Notes: generated by a model not told the origin, from the letters alone. Shown: positions 19,877 through 30,632, numbered from the stretch's first letter. The stretch is 53,302 bases of DNA from an uncultured Dictyoglomota bacterium (GCA_964654465.1 CAZZIO010000007.1:1-53302); one strand, 5' to 3'. Made by a program: numbers and translations.

Positions 19877-19953
19877 TGGTGCGCCCGAGAGGACTTGAAC
19901 CTCTAACCTACGGATTCGTAGTCCGCCGCTCTATCCTGTTGAGCTACGGGCGC
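19877..19953 (-). tRNA. tRNA-Arg(ACG)
   Basis: Anticodon arm GCGGA-CTACGAA-TCCGT; encoded CCA. Confidence 0.96.
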
Positions 19954-19967
19954 ACTCTTCTAGATTG

Positions 19968-19997
19968 ATTATAAAATGTTTTTTTTTAATAAGTCAA
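19968..19997 (-). promoter_or_regulatory. Promoter for tRNA-Arg(ACG) and probably the downstream genes
   Basis: TTGACT (19997-19992), 18 bp, TATAAT (19973-19968). Confidence 0.7.
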
Positions 19998-20019
19998 GAA
20001 AGTTAATGACTCTTATTTA

Positions 20020-20268
20020 TTAGAACAGTGATTGAAGATCTCTTAATAATTCACTTATCTCGTTTTCTAAATCTTTATCTCCTTCAGCAAGACATTTTTT
20101 TGCATAATTTTCTACTAACAATACTCCTACTCTCTTTAAGGCAGATCTCACCGCAGCGATTTGAGAAATAATCTCTTTACAGTCCCTATCTTCCTCTATC
20201 ATTCTTTGAAGTCCTCTAACCTGCCCTTCTATTCTTCTTAAAGCCACAAGATAATCTTTCTTATCCAA
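20020..20268 (-). CDS. CsoR/RcnR/CstR-family transcriptional repressor
   Basis: LRRIEGQVRGLQRMIEEDRDC..I..QIAAVRSAL signature; C30 and C59. Confidence 0.92.
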   Translation of the reverse strand: MDKKDYLVALRRIEGQVRGLQRMIEEDRDCKEIISQIAAVRSALKRVGVLLVENYAKKCLAEGDKDLENEISELLRDLQSLF

Positions 20269-20271
20269 TGT

Positions 20272-22492
<2,221 letters not shown>

Positions 22493-22521
22493 GAATTAAC
22501 CCCTCCTTTTTTTTGAGAAAA

Positions 22522-22564
22522 AGTATAGCATCAAAGGATAAACAAGTAAACCCAAATGGGTATA
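22522..22564 (-). promoter_or_regulatory. nfnA promoter with an overlapping CsoR-family-type operator (22547-22564)
   Basis: TTTACT (22550-22545), 17 bp, TG-C-TATACT (22527-22522); inverted repeat TATACCCA-TT-TGGGTTTA. Confidence 0.55.
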
Positions 22565-23260
22565 TTATGCTTTTGGAGGAGGCGATTCTATAAGAGGAAA
22601 ATTTTCAAAAAACATAACATTTACATTAATCTCTTCTATCGTTATTTTAAATGATTTGGGTAAGTTGCTATAAGTAAAAAGAAGGATAAAAGAAAATGAT
22701 TCTTTAGTTTTTAGAATCTTATTTATTGGAATATATATCAAAGAATCACCTAAAAGTTTTCTAAAAATATCATCATTGTTTAATAATTTTTCTTCGCTAC
22801 GAGAAACATTTTCTAACACAAAAATTGCTTTACTTAAATCTAATTCCCTCGTCCCATTATTGTATATACTTACAAAGAGTGGTAATGTTTTATCATATAA
22901 ATAATAATCAAATTTAGGATAATTCTTAAGATTAAGAACAGAAACTTTTAGAGGATAATTTATAGCATAACCATAATGAAGGTTAAAAAAATTAAGATTT
23001 TTAGCATTAATCCTAACACCTTCAATGTGCAACCTAACCAAGTTTTCCTGAAGCTCTAAATAATTTGCCGTTTGATACAGCTTAGTATAATAATCTACTG
23101 CAATATTCCAAGCCACATAACTATTATCAGGATTCTTCCAAAATCTATCTTCTTGGTCTTTTGCTATCTTTAATAATACATCATCATTCTTACCTTCAGA
23201 TATGGTAAGAAGTCCAAATAGAATCATGATAAAAAGTGGAAAGAGTTTTTTTATAAACAT
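22565..23260 (-). CDS. Hypothetical exported protein
   Basis: 231-aa ORF with a signal-peptide-like N-terminus (KK plus hydrophobic stretch); no family recognised. Confidence 0.75.
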   Translation of the reverse strand: MFIKKLFPLFIMILFGLLTISEGKNDDVLLKIAKDQEDRFWKNPDNSYVAWNIAVDYYTKLYQTANYLELQENLVRLHIEGVRINAKNLNFFNLHYGYAINYPLKVSVLNLKNYPKFDYYLYDKTLPLFVSIYNNGTRELDLSKAIFVLENVSRSEEKLLNNDDIFRKLLGDSLIYIPINKILKTKESFSFILLFTYSNLPKSFKITIEEINVNVMFFENFPLIESPPPKA

Positions 23261-23292
23261 ATTTTCTCTTCTGAAAGAATATCAATAAAAAT

Positions 23293-23367
23293 TGGTGGAG
23301 CTGGGGGGACTTGAACCCCCGACCTCTTCCGTGCCATGGAAGCGCGCTCCCTCTGCGCTACAGCCCC
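23293..23367 (-). tRNA. tRNA-Ala(GGC)
   Basis: Acceptor GGGGCTG/CAGCTCC with G3:U70; anticodon arm CTTCC-ATGGCAC-GGAAG. Confidence 0.96.
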
Positions 23368-23384
23368 ACCAAGATTTTTCAAAT

Positions 23385-23460
23385 TGGAGGCGGCACCCGG
23401 ACTCGAACCGGGGAATGGGAGATTTGCAATCTCCTGCCTTAGCCGCTTGGCGATGCCGCC
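23385..23460 (-). tRNA. tRNA-Cys(GCA)
   Basis: Anticodon arm GGAGA-TTGCAAA-TCTCC; U73; encoded CCA. Confidence 0.96.
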
Positions 23461-23479
23461 ACAAATTCTAAACAATTTT

Positions 23480-23554
23480 TGGAGCGGGCGACGGGATTTG
23501 AACCCGCGCCCCTCGGCTTGGGAAGCCGATGCTCTACCTCTGAGCTACACCCGC
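23480..23554 (-). tRNA. tRNA-Gly(CCC)
   Basis: Anticodon arm TCGGC-TTCCCAA-GCCGA; U73; encoded CCA. Confidence 0.96.
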
Positions 23555-23589
23555 CTTCCCAAGTATAAAATCAACTCATTTCTTAATAG

Positions 23590-23618
23590 AGAATAAATTC
23601 TTTTTTAAATTTTGTCAA
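23590..23618 (-). promoter_or_regulatory. Promoter for the Gly-Cys-Ala tRNA cluster
   Basis: TTGACA (23618-23613), 17 bp, TATTCT (23595-23590). Confidence 0.55.
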
Positions 23619-23630
23619 GATTTGTCAAGA
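23611..23630. repeat. Tandem 10-bp duplication TTTGTCAAGA x2
   Basis: Directly visible; each copy contains a minus-strand TTGACA. Confidence 0.9.
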
Positions 23631-23653
23631 ATCAATTAAAATAATTATTTTGG

Positions 23654-23682
23654 TTGACAATAATTTATTTTCTTATTATTAT
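23654..23682 (+). promoter_or_regulatory. Promoter of the peptide ABC operon
   Basis: TTGACA (23654-23659), 17 bp, TATTAT (23677-23682); GGAGGTG RBS before ATG 23718. Confidence 0.72.
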
Positions 23683-23717
23683 AAGAATTAAAATTATCTT
23701 CATCGGGAGGTGTTAAG

Positions 23718-25820
23718 ATGCCAAAGAGAGGTATTAGGGTTCTTTTATTAGTAGTATTTCTTTTAGGCCTATTCCTCTTATCTTCTCAAGCACAAACCGT
23801 TAATGTGAATCCAAATGGATGGCTTGACCAAGTAGCCTTCATTCCTGAAAAGGATATGGCAAAGGCTGTAGAAATGATGTCCAAAGGAGATATTGACATA
23901 TATTTCAACGAAATAAGTGACCCACAACTTTTCAAGAGAGTCAAAGAAGATCCAAATTTAACCTATGGAACATCTTTTGGACTTTATTATGAACTTACCT
24001 TTAACCCAGTAGGACCAACCTATAAAGATGGAAGATTAAATCCATTTAGTAATAAGAGAATTAGAGAAGCAATGAACATAGTAGTAGATAGACAATATAT
24101 AGTGGATGAAATCATGGGAGGACTTGCAGAAGTAAAGCTTTTACCTCTCAATAAAGGTTTTCCAGAATATGAAAGATATAAAGACACTATAGCAGGTTTG
24201 GAGAAACTCTATAAATATGATTTTGCAAAAGGCAAAAAGATCATTGATGAAGAAATGAGAAAGATGGGAGCAGAATTAAAAGGTGGAAAATGGTACTATA
24301 AAGGAAATCCTGTAGTAATAAAATTTATCATCAGAACTGAGGATAGAAGAAAACAAATAGGAGATTATGTATCAACACAGCTTGAAAAATTAGGATTTAC
24401 AGTAGAGAGAATGTATAAAACATCAAGAGAAGCATCTCCACTCTGGGTAAGAGGCAATCCTGAAGATGGCCAATGGGATGTCTATACAGGCGGCTGGATA
24501 ACAACTGTCCTTTCAAGAGATATGGCAGATAACTTCAGATTCTTCTATACACCAGATTCTGAAATGTCCTATTCTCCACTTTGGAGAGCTTATAAACCAG
24601 ATAAAGAATTTAGAGATATAGCCAACAAACTTGCTCAAAGAACCTTTAAATCTATAGCTGAAAGAAACTACTTAATGAGAAAAGCCTTAGAACTTTGCTT
24701 GAAAGATTCAGTAAGAGTCTTTTTGATAGACCAAAAGGCTGCATGGGCAAGAAGAAAGAATATTGATATTGCAGTAGATTACGCAGGTGGAAATTCATCA
24801 AGAGCATGGCCATACACATTGAGGATTGTTGGAAAAGAAGGCGGAAGTGTTAAAGCAGGAATGGCTGAAGTAATAATTGACCCATGGAACCCAATAGCTG
24901 GATCTAACTGGGTTTATGATACTATTTTCTGGGAAGCAACTTTTGGAAGAAACTGGATCTACCATCCATATACAGGTCTTCCTATACTCTTTGGAATCAA
25001 GAGTGCAGATCTTACTGTTACAGCCGATGTTCCTACATTCCCCAATAAAGGCTCAGAAAGCTGGTTGAAATTTAAGAAAGTTAAGATTGTTACTGTCCCA
25101 GATGATGCATGGTATGGTTGGGATGTAAAGAAACAAACTATGGTTACTGTAAAAGAAGCTGGTGTAAAAGAAGCTAAAGTAAAAGTAGTAATTAACTATG
25201 GAGATGTTATTGGTAAGGATAAATATCATGACGGAACAGTTCAAAGTATTGCAGATTATTTAGTAGACTTTATTGTAGGCTTTGAAAGAGCAAGTAAAGA
25301 TAGCAAACTTTACGATGAAAGTTTTGTGGACTACTTCAATTCATGGAGAGAAAGTTTTGTGGCTTGGAAAATTGTAAAAGAAAATCCACTTATCATCGAA
25401 TACTATACTAACTATGCTGAACTCGATGCAGAATTGACAGCTCTCTGGCCAACTACCTCTGTATTATTCCCATGGCATGCCCTTGCAATTGGAATAAGAG
25501 CAGAAGAAGAAGGTAAACTTGCCTTCTCTGCTGATAAAGCTGAGTCCCAAAAGGTAGAATGGATGAACTACATTGGCGGACCAAGCTTAGGAGTACTTAA
25601 AGAAATGCTTGATAAATCACAAAAAGATAACTACCTACCATTTAAGAATTTCGTAGGAAAATATGTAAAAGAAGGAGAGATCAAAGAAAGATATAACGCT
25701 CTTGCTAACTGGTATAATAGATTTAAACATTTCTGGGTAAGTAATGGTCCATACTATCTTGAAAAAGCAGATACTGTTGCCCATACAGTTCTCTTAAAGA
25801 ATACTAAATTTTTGAAGTAA
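23718..25820 (+). CDS. Family-5 (oligopeptide/nickel-type) ABC substrate-binding protein
   Basis: Signal peptide; FNP...NPFSNKRIREAMN..VDR family-5 signature; first gene of a complete Opp/Dpp-type operon. Confidence 0.88.
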   Translation: MPKRGIRVLLLVVFLLGLFLLSSQAQTVNVNPNGWLDQVAFIPEKDMAKAVEMMSKGDIDIYFNEISDPQLFKRVKEDPNLTYGTSFGLYYELTFNPVGPTYKDGRLNPFSNKRIREAMNIVVDRQYIVDEIMGGLAEVKLLPLNKGFPEYERYKDTIAGLEKLYKYDFAKGKKIIDEEMRKMGAELKGGKWYYKGNPVVIKFIIRTEDRRKQIGDYVSTQLEKLGFTVERMYKTSREASPLWVRGNPEDGQWDVYTGGWITTVLSRDMADNFRFFYTPDSEMSYSPLWRAYKPDKEFRDIANKLAQRTFKSIAERNYLMRKALELCLKDSVRVFLIDQKAAWARRKNIDIAVDYAGGNSSRAWPYTLRIVGKEGGSVKAGMAEVIIDPWNPIAGSNWVYDTIFWEATFGRNWIYHPYTGLPILFGIKSADLTVTADVPTFPNKGSESWLKFKKVKIVTVPDDAWYGWDVKKQTMVTVKEAGVKEAKVKVVINYGDVIGKDKYHDGTVQSIADYLVDFIVGFERASKDSKLYDESFVDYFNSWRESFVAWKIVKENPLIIEYYTNYAELDAELTALWPTTSVLFPWHALAIGIRAEEEGKLAFSADKAESQKVEWMNYIGGPSLGVLKEMLDKSQKDNYLPFKNFVGKYVKEGEIKERYNALANWYNRFKHFWVSNGPYYLEKADTVAHTVLLKNTKFLK

Positions 25821-25835
25821 AATATAGTATAATAT

Positions 25836-25871
25836 AAACCCAGGGGAAAAAATCCCCTGGGTTTTTTTTTT
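25836..25871 (+). terminator. Intrinsic terminator or stabilising hairpin after the binding-protein gene
   Basis: AAACCCAGGGGA-AAAAA-TCCCCTGGGTTT followed by a T run. Confidence 0.88.
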
Positions 25872-25894
25872 GAACTTTTATAAAAAGGAGGTTG

Positions 25895-26959
25895 ATGAAG
25901 ATAAAAGAGCTTAAAAAAGTACTTCTATATTTTCTTAAAAGAGCAGTAGCAATTTTTATTACCGTTGCTATCGCTATTTATTTAACAATAGTAATAGCAA
26001 ATGCAGGTGGATATGTAGATAAAATTGTTGAAGATGAAATAAGAATGAATGTCGCAATGAATTTAAGAAATGATCCCACAGTACGAGGATATACTGATGA
26101 ACAGAAACAAAAGATCATTGAAAGTAGAGTAAGAAATGAATTAAAAAGAAGAGGCCTTGACCAACCCTTTTTAATAAGAAGTATCTATCATTTGAAGAGA
26201 GCATTACTCTTGGACCTGGGTACTGCTACTACCATGACCAGTGATAGTGGATCAATGCTTGTAAAAAACATTATCTTAGAGAGAATTCCTTTATCTGTAT
26301 TACTTTTTACAACTATTACCCTTTTAGAATTTTTAGTAACTTTATATCTTGGTCTAAAACTTTCAAGAAAATATGGTTCCTTTTTTGATAAATTAATAGT
26401 ATATTTGTCACCCCTTTCTACCATTCCAGGATGGTTTTATGGAATTTTTCTTATAATGATTTTCTATTCATGGCTTCATATATTACCCCCAGGTGGATTT
26501 ATGGATTTTCCACCCCCCAACGATATTTTAGGAAAAGTATTAAGTGTTTTAAAGCATATGATTCTTCCTGTTTTTTCATGGCTTTTAAGTTATCTTTTCT
26601 TGGGAACATACAGCCAAAGAAACTTTTTCCTCATATATTCCACAGAAGATTATGTAGAAGTTGCTAAGGCTAAAGGACTTCCTGATAAAGTTATTGAAAG
26701 AAAATATATATTAAAGCCTGCCCTTCCACCTATAGTGACCTCTTTTGCTTTAGCCCTTATATCTTCATGGATGGGAGCAATAGTTACAGAAAGTATTTTT
26801 AACTGGCCAGGATTAGGTATGGTTCTTTCTCGAGCTATAGGATCTTTTGATGCTCCAGTGATAGTAGGAATAACTGTAATATATGCATACCTTTTAGGAG
26901 CTACTGTTTTACTCTTAGACTTTATTTATGCTCTAATTGATCCAAGAGTTAGAATATGA
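25895..26959 (+). CDS. Peptide ABC permease (OppB/DppB-like)
   Basis: Multiple transmembrane segments; EDYVEVAKAKGL EAA loop; ESIFNWPGLG. Confidence 0.92.
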   Translation: MKIKELKKVLLYFLKRAVAIFITVAIAIYLTIVIANAGGYVDKIVEDEIRMNVAMNLRNDPTVRGYTDEQKQKIIESRVRNELKRRGLDQPFLIRSIYHLKRALLLDLGTATTMTSDSGSMLVKNIILERIPLSVLLFTTITLLEFLVTLYLGLKLSRKYGSFFDKLIVYLSPLSTIPGWFYGIFLIMIFYSWLHILPPGGFMDFPPPNDILGKVLSVLKHMILPVFSWLLSYLFLGTYSQRNFFLIYSTEDYVEVAKAKGLPDKVIERKYILKPALPPIVTSFALALISSWMGAIVTESIFNWPGLGMVLSRAIGSFDAPVIVGITVIYAYLLGATVLLLDFIYALIDPRVRI

Positions 26960-26969
26960 GGTGAAAAGT

Positions 26970-28355
26970 ATGGATAATATGGAATTTACATCATCTTATA
27001 GTTTAAAAGGAATAATAAAAGAAGTTATTAAGAGTAAGGCTGGTTTATTTTCCCTAATTATATTTTTTATATTAATTGTACTCTCTATGTATGCATATTT
27101 GAGCATGCCTTATAATGAGGTTAAGACTTTATGGAATGATAGTCAGGTATGGCTTAAATATCCGAGAAATGCAATACCCTCCTGGTGGGCTTTATTTACA
27201 AGGAAAAATCTTCCCAAAAACATAAATCTTAAAGAACCTAAGATTGAGACTATATCAGATAATCCTAAGATTCTTAAATACGAGTATAGTTTTTCTTATT
27301 TTTATGATGATTTTCCCAGTGAATTTAATATATTCCTTAAAAGCAGTTATAAAGACACCCCACCAATTTTAAGATTTTATTGGATAAATTCAAAAGGAGA
27401 TAAAATTTTTCTTTTAGAAAAACAACAAAGATCAGAAACAGATACTTTTTATTTAGCAAATGAATCATCTATTGAAGAAAATTTAACTAAATATATTCAA
27501 GACAAGTTGGGATATTATCCTCCTTTTCCTGTAACTACAATGAAAGGACTTTTTATTGAACCTAATGAGAACCAATCTATTGCCAAGGGATCCTATTCTT
27601 TTATAATTGAAGTGCAATTTTCAGATAAATCAGATACCATTGAGATAGAACCTATAATATATGGAAAGGTCTATGGTATAGCTGGAACTGACCACTTAAG
27701 AAGACCCTTAGAATTAGGAATATTGTGGGGGATGCCTATAGACCTTGCCTTCGGTTTAGGTGCTTCTTTAAGTATTACTATTATTCATCTAATTCTTGCA
27801 ACAATAAGTGGTTGGTATGGTGGTATTGTGGATAACCTAATTCAAAGACTTACAGAAATATATATGCTTCTTCCATTTCTACCCCTCATGATCATGATTT
27901 CTTTATTCTATAAATTAACCATATGGAAACTACTCGTTGTATTAATAATATTAAGTCTTTTTGGGTCAGGTATAAAAACACAAAGAGCTATGGTATTACA
28001 AGTCAAAACCTTACCATATATAGAAGCTGCAAGAACTTATGGGGCAAGTAACATGAGAATAGTGTTTTTATATATTATTCCTAAAATCCTACCACCTGTA
28101 ATTCCTGGTTTAATAATAAGTATACCTTCATATATATTTTTAGAGGCTATCTTATCCTTATTTGGAGTATTAGATCCAACAGAACCAACTCTTGGAAGAA
28201 TTATTGAAGAGGCATTTCAAAATGGAGCCTTATATAAAGGATTCTACTATTGGGTAATAGAACCATCCATCATAATCATTCTTATGGCTATTTCCTTTGC
28301 ATTGCTTGGATTTGTAATTGATAAGATAGTAAATCCAAGACTAAAAGAGATATAG
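26970..28355 (+). CDS. Peptide ABC permease (OppC/DppC-like) with a large extracytoplasmic insertion
   Basis: GTDHLRR, YIEAARTYGAS EAA loop; start set at ATG 26970 behind GAGGTG. Confidence 0.9.
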   Translation: MDNMEFTSSYSLKGIIKEVIKSKAGLFSLIIFFILIVLSMYAYLSMPYNEVKTLWNDSQVWLKYPRNAIPSWWALFTRKNLPKNINLKEPKIETISDNPKILKYEYSFSYFYDDFPSEFNIFLKSSYKDTPPILRFYWINSKGDKIFLLEKQQRSETDTFYLANESSIEENLTKYIQDKLGYYPPFPVTTMKGLFIEPNENQSIAKGSYSFIIEVQFSDKSDTIEIEPIIYGKVYGIAGTDHLRRPLELGILWGMPIDLAFGLGASLSITIIHLILATISGWYGGIVDNLIQRLTEIYMLLPFLPLMIMISLFYKLTIWKLLVVLIILSLFGSGIKTQRAMVLQVKTLPYIEAARTYGASNMRIVFLYIIPKILPPVIPGLIISIPSYIFLEAILSLFGVLDPTEPTLGRIIEEAFQNGALYKGFYYWVIEPSIIIILMAISFALLGFVIDKIVNPRLKEI

Positions 28356-28366
28356 GAGTGAAGAAA

Positions 28367-29335
28367 ATGGCAGATGTAGTACTTAAGCTTGATAATTTTT
28401 CAGTATCTTATAAAACTCAAAAAGGAAGTTTAGAGGCAGTAAGAAATGTAAGTTTTGAATTAAAAGAGGGGGAAACTTTAGCTATTGTTGGAGAATCAGG
28501 TTGTGGAAAGAGTTCTCTTGCAAGAGGTATCCTAAGACTTTTTCCAAGAAATCTGGAAAAAGCAAGTGGAAAAATATATCTTGATGGTGAAGATATTTTA
28601 TCTTTAAAAGAAGATATTTTCCGTAAAAACGTACTATGGAGTAAAATCTCTATGGTTTTTCAAGGAGCCATGAACTCTCTTAACCCAGTATTAAAAGTCA
28701 TCTATCAAGTTGCAGAACCATTAATAGTACATATGGGAATGGATAAGAATTCAGCCTTTAATAGAGCAAAAGAGATGCTAAGTTTCGTAGGTATTTCTGA
28801 ATCCTTCGCAGAAAGATATCCTTTTGAATTATCTGGGGGTATGAAACAAAGAGTTGTTATTGCAATGGCATTAGTTACACATCCTAAGATAGTGATATTA
28901 GATGAACCAACATCCGCTTTAGATGTTATTACGCAAGCCAACATTTTAAACTTATTAAAAATTTTGAAAAAAGAACTCAACCTTACATATATTTTTATAA
29001 CCCACGATATAGCAACTACAAGTGAACTGGCAGATAAAGTAGCAGTAATGTATGCTGGTGAAATTGTAGAATTAAGCCCTTCTGAGAACTTTTATAATTT
29101 ACCAGCCCATGGTTATACCATGATGCTTCTAAACAGTGTACCAACTTTAAAGACAATAAAAAAGTTAAAGTCTATTCCAGGATCTCCACCAAGTCTTATA
29201 TCTCCACCAAAAGGATGTAGATTTCATCCAAGATGCCAATATGTTATGGATATATGCAGAGAAAAGGAACCTCCCATGTTTAAAAAAGGTGAAGAACATT
29301 ATGCTAAATGTTATATAGGTGAGAGCCATGAATAA
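28367..29335 (+). CDS. Peptide ABC ATPase (OppD/DppD-like)
   Basis: GESGCGKS, LSGGMKQR, DEPT, C-terminal GCRFHPRC. Confidence 0.95.
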   Translation: MADVVLKLDNFSVSYKTQKGSLEAVRNVSFELKEGETLAIVGESGCGKSSLARGILRLFPRNLEKASGKIYLDGEDILSLKEDIFRKNVLWSKISMVFQGAMNSLNPVLKVIYQVAEPLIVHMGMDKNSAFNRAKEMLSFVGISESFAERYPFELSGGMKQRVVIAMALVTHPKIVILDEPTSALDVITQANILNLLKILKKELNLTYIFITHDIATTSELADKVAVMYAGEIVELSPSENFYNLPAHGYTMMLLNSVPTLKTIKKLKSIPGSPPSLISPPKGCRFHPRCQYVMDICREKEPPMFKKGEEHYAKCYIGESHE

Positions 29336-30314
29336 TAATGAAATCTTACTTAGAGTTGAAAATTTAAAGGTTTGGTTTGAAATCAGGAAAACAATAATAT
29401 CACAGCCTCTATACGTAAAAGCTGTAGATGGGGTAAACTTTGAGTTAAAGAAAGGAGAAACCATATCTTTAGTAGGAGAAAGTGGATCTGGAAAAACTAC
29501 TCTTGGAAGAACAATTCTGAGGCTTTATGAACCTACTGATGGTAAAATTTTCTTTGAGGATAAAGATATTACAAATTTACCTTTTAAGGAACTAAATTGG
29601 TACAGAAGAGAAACAGGATTTGTACAACAAGATCCTTTTGGAGCATTAGCTCCCCATTTTACTGTTTATAGAATCTTAGAAGAGCCTTTAATTATTAATA
29701 AGATAGGAACACCAGAATCAAGAAAAGAAATGATTATAAAGGCACTGGAAGAAGTAAAATTAACACCAGTTTCGGATTTTATAAATAAGTATCCCCACAT
29801 GCTTTCCGGTGGACAAATGCAAAGAGTTGTTATTGCAAGAGCTCTAATTATGAAACCTAAGCTAATAATAGCTGATGAGCCTGTATCTATGTTAGACGCA
29901 TCTGTAAGAATTGAGATTTTAGATCTTCTAAGAGACATACAAAGGAACCATAATATGAGTTTAATTTATATAACTCATGATCTTGCTACTGTAAGATCAT
30001 TCTCAGATTGGATTTTCATTATGTATGCTGGAAACTTAGTAGAAAGAGCGAAAACTGACGAATTACTAAATAATCCTTTACATCCATATACAAAAGCCCT
30101 TCTTTCAGCTATACCAGATCCAGATCCCACAAATAGGTTTAAACTAAGAGAAGCACCACCTGGAGAACCTCCAAATCTTATAAATCCACCAGAGGGCTGT
30201 CGTTTTCATCCAAGATGTTCTTTTGTCATGGAAATATGTAAGAAGGAAGAACCAAAGGAAATTAATATTGCAAAAGATCATTGTGTGAAATGCTGGTTAT
30301 ATAAAGAAGGGTAG
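29328..30314 (+). CDS. Peptide ABC ATPase (OppF/DppF-like)
   Basis: GESGSGKT, LSGGQMQR, DEP, HPYT, GCRFHPRC. Confidence 0.95.
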   Translation: MNNNEILLRVENLKVWFEIRKTIISQPLYVKAVDGVNFELKKGETISLVGESGSGKTTLGRTILRLYEPTDGKIFFEDKDITNLPFKELNWYRRETGFVQQDPFGALAPHFTVYRILEEPLIINKIGTPESRKEMIIKALEEVKLTPVSDFINKYPHMLSGGQMQRVVIARALIMKPKLIIADEPVSMLDASVRIEILDLLRDIQRNHNMSLIYITHDLATVRSFSDWIFIMYAGNLVERAKTDELLNNPLHPYTKALLSAIPDPDPTNRFKLREAPPGEPPNLINPPEGCRFHPRCSFVMEICKKEEPKEINIAKDHCVKCWLYKEG

Positions 30315-30339
30315 GATTAAATCCTACCCTTCTTTTTTT
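30303..30339. terminator. Hairpin between convergent genes, built from both 3' coding ends
   Basis: 16-bp perfect inverted repeat AAAGAAGGGTAGGATT-A-AATCCTACCCTTCTTT followed by a T run on the + strand. Confidence 0.8.
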
Positions 30340-30632
30340 ATCAATCTATCTAATATAGTTTTGTAACCATCTGCTCCATAATATAGAAATTTTTTCACTC
30401 TACTAATAGTAGCAGAGCTTGCTCCTGTCTCTTTTTCGATCTCTTCATAAGATTTTCCCTCATAAAGCATTTTTGCGACTTTAAGCCTTTGAGATAACTC
30501 TTGAATTTCATTAATAGTACATATATCTTCAAGGAATCTTAATACTTCTTCTTCATTTTTTAAAGAAAGAATTGCTTTCACCAAAAATTTTACATCATCA
30601 ACTACCCACTTAGGCTGATAACTCAATAACAT
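30324..30632 (-). CDS. YerC/YecD-family TrpR-like DNA-binding protein
   Basis: FLEDICTINE...QRLKVAKML..G.SY.EI...TGASSATISRV...L.YG.DGY; start may be TTG 30626. Confidence 0.92.
   Translation of the reverse strand: MLLSYQPKWVVDDVKFLVKAILSLKNEEEVLRFLEDICTINEIQELSQRLKVAKMLYEGKSYEEIEKETGASSATISRVKKFLYYGADGYKTILDRLIKKEG

Noticed and set aside
23251-23596. Three short ORFs (74, 60 and 86 aa)
   Set aside because: They overlap the Ala, Cys and Gly tRNA genes and have no protein features.
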